This document shows, piece after piece, positions 59,801 to 64,000 of a stretch of 64,000 nucleotides of DNA. The notes beneath the pieces are model-generated. The model was not told the origin of the DNA. It searched no databases and saw only the letters and a list, made by a program, of their open reading frames with translations. The DNA comes from an uncultured Candidatus Saccharibacteria bacterium. GTDB lineage: Bacteria > Patescibacteriota > Minisyncoccia > Phycocordibacterales > PALSA-1337. Both the position numbers and the translations under genes were made by a program. Positions within the stretch are counted from its first letter, which is position 1; each line of letters begins with the position of its first letter. The stretch lies in contig CAYWKB010000001.1 in the NCBI GenBank assembly GCA_964459225.1, positions 289,318 through 353,317 on the forward strand. The letters are read 5' to 3'.

Positions 59801-60132
59801 AAATATGAATACGTCACAAGCTTCACAAGATTTTTGTATCCCGCATGATTTTTTGCAAGTAAAACTAGACGATTGCGTCTATTATCAATACCTGCTTGCA
59901 TGTCCTTTCGAGTTCTAATAGCGGTATAGAAATCAACACCGATAATAGGTTTAATACCTTTTTTCTTTGCAGTTTTATAAAATTCAATAGCACCATACAT
60001 ATTACCAGCATCAGTAAGAGCAAGGGCAGGCATATTAAGCTCTTTTGCACGATCAAGTAAATCATCGATTTTAGGCAGGGCATTAAGAAGAGAATAATGA
60101 CTGTGAGTGTGTAGGTGAATAAAGCGAGACAT
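56806..60132 (-). CDS. dnaE: DNA polymerase III alpha subunit
   Basis: HLHTHSHYSLL, RGSVAGSL, FERFLNPER..PDIDMDF, HAAGVVI, KFDFLG, YGFNKSHA. Confidence 0.99.
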   Translation of the reverse strand: MSRFIHLHTHSHYSLLNALPKIDDLLDRAKELNMPALALTDAGNMYGAIEFYKTAKKKGIKPIIGVDFYTAIRTRKDMQAGIDNRRNRLVLLAKNHAGYKNLVKLVTYSYFEGFYYKPRIDRELIEKYNSDLICIAPSFSSEISTALKNKNVEKAKEHIEYYKKVYGADNFYIEITRHNEIQGHEGLMQQLIKLAKETNTQIVAGQDVYYINSDDRSAREMLTLVNTAGDMSDRNSSNTNINGDENEEDFSFISSEKAEELFRDIPEALDNTVKIANECNLELTLGKWYFPKFIVESGLSHDDELKRLAYEGIPKRGLEMSKEVVDRLEYELKVIKDKGYAQYFLVVSDLLKYAHENGILTNIRGSVAGSLTTYVTRITNVDPLAFKLPFERFLNPERPSAPDIDMDFADNRRDEVIDYARKKYGHDHVAQIGTFGTMMAKGAVRDIARAMGYEYAVADRISKLIPLGAQGFPMTIDRALTEVAELKEAYEKEEDTRKIIDMAKKIEGCARHISVHAAGVVIAPEPLTEFVPLQYDTKSKEDANGNPVKKIITQYDMHAVGEDGVGLLKFDFLGIKNLSILADAVDRVKKIENIEIDIENIPRDDTKTFEMLARGETTGVFQLNGTGMTKFLVDLKPSRIHDINAMVALYRPGPLESIPQYIERKHDNSKIEYLDPRMKDILDMSYGVITYQDDVMMIAIKLGGYSWLEADKLRKAMGKKIPKEMEEQKEKLMSGLVKNGMKKKDANTLWKLIEPFAAYGFNKSHAASYGLVAYQTAYMKANFPAIYMSAVLTADAGDVEKIAEIIGECKRMNIPILPPDINESFSQFTVVKGSGIVSSMARGLSERSDSEASFAGPGGDTIPEPKDTIRFGLVTIKNFGQGISTAIIEERKRGGRFTSLVDFLDRVKDKNLNKKSLEALIKAGALDSFGHDRGLLLGNIETLLAYNKEKGKQADNQDSLWGLMSDSSTLPSLKLEEVPNADVKEKLAWEKELLGLYISGHPLDKYRETIQKRDMNIKKLKEELKDGTEVMIACIVTEIRSLNTKKGDAMAFVKVSDFTGEIDTVVFPKVLAQFKIAFVADKCLAVKGKVSERNGQKSILIDNVKVLV
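57539..57636. repeat. GC-rich palindromic element inserted in frame in dnaE
   Basis: Perfect 18-bp inverted repeat GGCTCGGGAATAGTGTCT/AGACACTATTCCCGAGCC plus inner TGGCCC/GGGCCA. Confidence 0.85.
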
Positions 60133-60270
60133 GGAGGTATTATAGCAAATTGGGGTTATTAGGGAATTTGGGGAAGGGTGCTGAAATGGGAAATAGTTCT
60201 AATTCAATTTAATGTATTTTAAACACTTCTAAAATATGTTTAAAAGTGGTAGGATTTGATTACATAATCT

Positions 60271-63200
60271 ATGGAAGAATATCTCAAAAACGTATCTCTA
60301 AAATTTGCTGATTCTCAAACAAGTGAGATGGGTTATAGAACTGATTTTGAAAATCTCTTAAGGGAGATTTTTACGAAGGAGCAAAAATATCATATTCATC
60401 ATGATGCAAAAGCGGTTGGGGGAAATAAGCCTGACTTTATCGTTCTTAAAGGTGTTGTGCCGGTTCTTTATATTGAAGTAAAAGATATTGGGGTCAATCT
60501 TGATAAAATGGAAAAAAGTAACCAAATGGATCGCTATTTTGGTTATGATAATCTTATACTCACCGATTATGTCGAATTTCGTTTCTATAGAAATGGTGTG
60601 AGATACGGTGAGCCTATCATCATTGCAAGTTTCGATAAAGCTGCCCGCTCTATAACGCTAATTCCTCAACATTTTTCACTACTCACAAAAACTTTAATTG
60701 ATTTTTCTACTTCGCATAAGGAAAAAATAAAAAGAGGAAAACACTTGGCTCAAATCATGGGAGGTAAGGCTCAGCGTATTAGAGATAATGTTATGGAGAT
60801 GTTAACTTCAAAATCAGATAATTACACCCATTTAGGTGATCTAATAAAGATGAGAGATGTTGTAAAAGAATATCTAGTCTCAAGTCTTGATGATGAATCT
60901 TTTGCTGATATGTATGCACAGACTCTAGTCTATGGACTCTTTGCTGCTCGTTATAACGACCCCACTCAAAAAGATTTTTCTCGAACTGAAGCACGAGAAT
61001 TAGTACCAAAGACCAACCCATTCCTAAGATCATTTTTTGATCACATAGCAGGAACATCATTTCCTGAGAGACTTCGATTTATTGTGGATGAATTATGTGA
61101 AGTTTTTACGCACGCTAATGTTCACGAACTTATGCATGAATACTTCACTCAAGGTAAACTTAATGGGGAAGCTTATACAAGTCCTGATCCAGTCATCCAC
61201 TTCTACGAGGATTTCTTGCTTGAGTATGATGCAAAAAAGAAAATGGAAATGGGAGTTTTCTATACTCCAAGGCCAGTTGTTCAATTTATTGTTCGGGCTG
61301 TAGACAGTATTCTTAAAAAAGAATTTGGTCTTGAGAAAGGTTTAATCGATACTACAAAAATTTCAGTTGAGAAAAAAGAAGTAAATGTAAAGGGTAAAGA
61401 GGTAAAGGTAAAAAAAGAATACCATAAGGTACAGTTGCTTGATATTGCAACAGGAACAGGAACATTTCTTAATGAAGTAATTAATTATATTCATAATAGT
61501 TTCAAAGGCCAAGAGGGTCGATGGTCAACATATGTCGAAAATGATCTTTTGCCTCGATTGCATGGATTTGAACTTATGATGGCATCTTACACGATTGCTC
61601 ATTTGAAGCTTGGTATGACCTTACATGATTCAGGCGCTGAAAAGATCGATACTAGACTTGGAGTGTATCTTACAAATACACTCGATGAACCAATAGACTA
61701 TGCTAATCAGAATACTCTATTTGGAATAATGGATAGTATCGCTCAGGAGAGTAAAAATGCCTCAAGAATCAAAAAAGAATACCCGATCATGTGTGTAATA
61801 GGGAACCCACCATATTCTGGTATCTCAATGAATAAGCATTACACAGATAATAGTGTGTATAAAGTTGAACCAGGTGGTTTACAAAAACTTCAGGAGAGGA
61901 AAAATTGGCTTGATGACGATTACGTAAAGTTTATTCGCTTTGCAGAAAGTCTTATTGAAAAAAATGAAGAAGGTGTCGTAGGAATGATTACTGCACATGG
62001 ATACATAGATAATCCAACATTCCGTGGGATGCGTTGGCATTTGAGAAAAACGTTCGACAAAATTTATATTGTTGATTTGCATGGAAATAGTAATAAAAAA
62101 GAAATGAGTCCAGATGGATCAAAAGATGAGAATGTTTTTGATATTAAAACCGGAGTTTCTATTATTTTAGGTGTAAAAAAATCCGGAGAATCTAAAAATA
62201 AAAAGCAAGCACAGATATACCAAACTGATTTTTATGGCACCCGAGAGAATAAATACGAGAAGTTAGATAAGGAAAATCTTGATACAATAAGATGGAATAA
62301 ACTACCTGAAAGTGCAGAAGTTTGGCGTATTGAGGGGGAAGGAAAAGACGAATATCAAAAAGGATTTTCGGTTGCAGAATTATTTCCAAAGAATACTACA
62401 GGGATAGTAACAGCACGAGACGGTCTTGTCATTGATCAAAGCAAAGAAACCCTTCTTAAAAGGATACAAGCTTTTTGTGATGAGACCAAAACGGATCAAG
62501 AAATACGAACTATATTTTTTGGTCAGAAGAAAGAAGGGAAATATAAACCTGGTGATTCTAGAGGATGGAAATTAGATATAGCACGAAAGAAGATAAGAGA
62601 TTATGATCATGAGTTACTTATTCAACCTATTTCTTATAGGCCTTTTGATACAGAGTGTATTTATTACTCTCCAGATATGGTGGACTGGGGAAGATGGGAC
62701 TTGATGCAGAATTTTGTAAATAGGGAAAATGTTGGTCTGATTTTTGCACGTTCGCAAAAAGATCCAAATTATTCCGCTGTATTTATTTCAAAAAATATCA
62801 GTGAAACAAAGTGTGGTGAGGCGAGTACTCAATCTGCAATCGCTCCACTTTATCTATATACTGAGCAGGAAGAAAAGGTACCAAATCTCGATAAAAAAAT
62901 CTGGGAAAAGATAAATGAGATCGTTGGTGAGACAACTCCTGAACACATTTTAGATTATGTGTACGCATATCTTCACTCACCAGGTTATCGAGAAAAGTAT
63001 AAAGAATTCCTGAAGACTGATTTTCCTCGAGTGCCATATCCAAAAAATAAATCTGAATTCTGGAACCTCGTTCCTCTAGGTGAGAAACTCCGTGAGCTGC
63101 ATCTAATGTTATCACCGGAGTGTAATAAAATTATTACTACATATTCTCAGTCAGGGGATAATGTCATCGAGAAAATAAAATATGAAAAAAAGAGAGTGTA

Positions 63201-63402
63201 TATCAATAACACTCAGTATTTTGGAGATGTTCCTGAAGCTGCTTGGAATTTTTATATCGGAGGATATCAACCAGCACAGAAATGGTTAAAGGATAGAAAG
63301 GGTAGGAAACTTTCAAATGAGGATATTGAACATTATCAAAAGATGATAGTGGTGCTTATTGAGACAGATAAAATCATGAAGGAAATTGATAAACTTAACT
63401 AA
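60271..63402 (+). CDS. Single-chain restriction-modification enzyme (Type IIG-like, N6-adenine MTase)
   Basis: PD-(D/E)xK KPDF..IEVK, FYTP, motif I LDIATGTGTF, motif IV GNPPY, C-terminal specificity region; no helicase motifs seen. Confidence 0.9.
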   Translation: MEEYLKNVSLKFADSQTSEMGYRTDFENLLREIFTKEQKYHIHHDAKAVGGNKPDFIVLKGVVPVLYIEVKDIGVNLDKMEKSNQMDRYFGYDNLILTDYVEFRFYRNGVRYGEPIIIASFDKAARSITLIPQHFSLLTKTLIDFSTSHKEKIKRGKHLAQIMGGKAQRIRDNVMEMLTSKSDNYTHLGDLIKMRDVVKEYLVSSLDDESFADMYAQTLVYGLFAARYNDPTQKDFSRTEARELVPKTNPFLRSFFDHIAGTSFPERLRFIVDELCEVFTHANVHELMHEYFTQGKLNGEAYTSPDPVIHFYEDFLLEYDAKKKMEMGVFYTPRPVVQFIVRAVDSILKKEFGLEKGLIDTTKISVEKKEVNVKGKEVKVKKEYHKVQLLDIATGTGTFLNEVINYIHNSFKGQEGRWSTYVENDLLPRLHGFELMMASYTIAHLKLGMTLHDSGAEKIDTRLGVYLTNTLDEPIDYANQNTLFGIMDSIAQESKNASRIKKEYPIMCVIGNPPYSGISMNKHYTDNSVYKVEPGGLQKLQERKNWLDDDYVKFIRFAESLIEKNEEGVVGMITAHGYIDNPTFRGMRWHLRKTFDKIYIVDLHGNSNKKEMSPDGSKDENVFDIKTGVSIILGVKKSGESKNKKQAQIYQTDFYGTRENKYEKLDKENLDTIRWNKLPESAEVWRIEGEGKDEYQKGFSVAELFPKNTTGIVTARDGLVIDQSKETLLKRIQAFCDETKTDQEIRTIFFGQKKEGKYKPGDSRGWKLDIARKKIRDYDHELLIQPISYRPFDTECIYYSPDMVDWGRWDLMQNFVNRENVGLIFARSQKDPNYSAVFISKNISETKCGEASTQSAIAPLYLYTEQEEKVPNLDKKIWEKINEIVGETTPEHILDYVYAYLHSPGYREKYKEFLKTDFPRVPYPKNKSEFWNLVPLGEKLRELHLMLSPECNKIITTYSQSGDNVIEKIKYEKKRVYINNTQYFGDVPEAAWNFYIGGYQPAQKWLKDRKGRKLSNEDIEHYQKMIVVLIETDKIMKEIDKLN

Positions 63403-63404
63403 TT

Positions 63405-64000
63405 ATGAAATTTATCAATGCGCCTCTATCTTACATTGCATATAAATTAAAAGGTAAATCAAAACAATTTTTACTGTTAATTATTACTGCAACATTTGTA
63501 GTATATATTTTTTGTCCAACATTGAGAATGTATATTTTTAAGCAAAATATTGATCCAAATTTTGTACTTGGATTTCTCACAACCATAACTTTAATGATTA
63601 GTATTATACAGTCTTCAAAAGATAGAAAATTAACTTATGATATGGGTATTTCGGAGCAGTTAAGAAATAATGGTTTAGTAATAATAAGTAAATTAGTATT
63701 AATCAAACATAAGAGTCTTGTAATTCTGAATACACTAAAACACTATAAAGATGCAATAAGTAAAAAACAAAAATTTATTGATAGTAATAATATAACCTCA
63801 ATGAAAGATGTAAATGATGGATTTGAATTGGCTGCTACATATGCAGATACATATTTTAAAAAGGAATGCCAGGGATGGAACGAGATGATAGATAAAATAG
63901 GTACTATGGCGACATGTGGTATAAATGTTAATAAAAATTATGAAATGAATTTACAGTTAATCTTGAATGGAGATATTTTTAAGAATGAAACACTGGATAG
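63405..64000 (+). CDS. Hypothetical 2-TM protein, 3'-partial
   Basis: ATG 2 nt after the RM stop; frame open to the window end; two N-terminal hydrophobic segments. Confidence 0.7.
   Translation, partial: MKFINAPLSYIAYKLKGKSKQFLLLIITATFVVYIFCPTLRMYIFKQNIDPNFVLGFLTTITLMISIIQSSKDRKLTYDMGISEQLRNNGLVIISKLVLIKHKSLVILNTLKHYKDAISKKQKFIDSNNITSMKDVNDGFELAATYADTYFKKECQGWNEMIDKIGTMATCGINVNKNYEMNLQLILNGDIFKNETLD

Noticed and set aside
1-64000. Alternative genetic code (TGA=Gly as in Gracilibacteria)
   Set aside because: Conserved genes are full length under code 11 and TGA terminates several ORFs normally.

Overview
AT-rich bacterial chromosome segment that reads cleanly in genetic code 11. Gene content and protein style suggest Patescibacteria/CPR, probably Parcubacteria (inference from short DnaX and UvrC, CPR-type bS21 and TruB, a second degenerate HisRS, a pilin-like LamG protein and many apparently leaderless genes). 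Core genes: dnaX (5'-partial), secA, murB, tuf plus an S10/spc cluster ending at rplE, trxB-like, ftsZ/ftsA, ybeY, rpsU, lepB, pth, uvrC, ddl, tRNA-Ala(UGC), lexA, ppa, zwf, ychF, hisS, truB, dnaE. Accessory blocks: small self-contained cassettes after tRNA-Ala, a surface-glycosylation cluster, an unknown gene-SET-7TM kinase cluster, a membrane PH-Schlafen fusion, a ParB-like fusion and a single-chain restriction-modification enzyme. The most striking signals are non-coding: (1) a 100-nt structured 5' leader copied exactly in front of two highly diverged paralogous membrane-protein genes; (2) a ~95-bp hairpin repeat family (3 copies) with conserved arms and a variable core, next to murB, ddl and tRNA-Ala; (3) a GC-rich palindromic element inserted in frame in dnaE; (4) several candidate stand-alone structured sRNAs with their own promoter and terminator; (5) a duplicated ychF 3' end bracketing one of them. 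EF-Tu also has an atypical switch I. No CRISPR array, rRNA, transposase or integrase was seen. All calls come from reading the sequence; no searches or folding programs were run.
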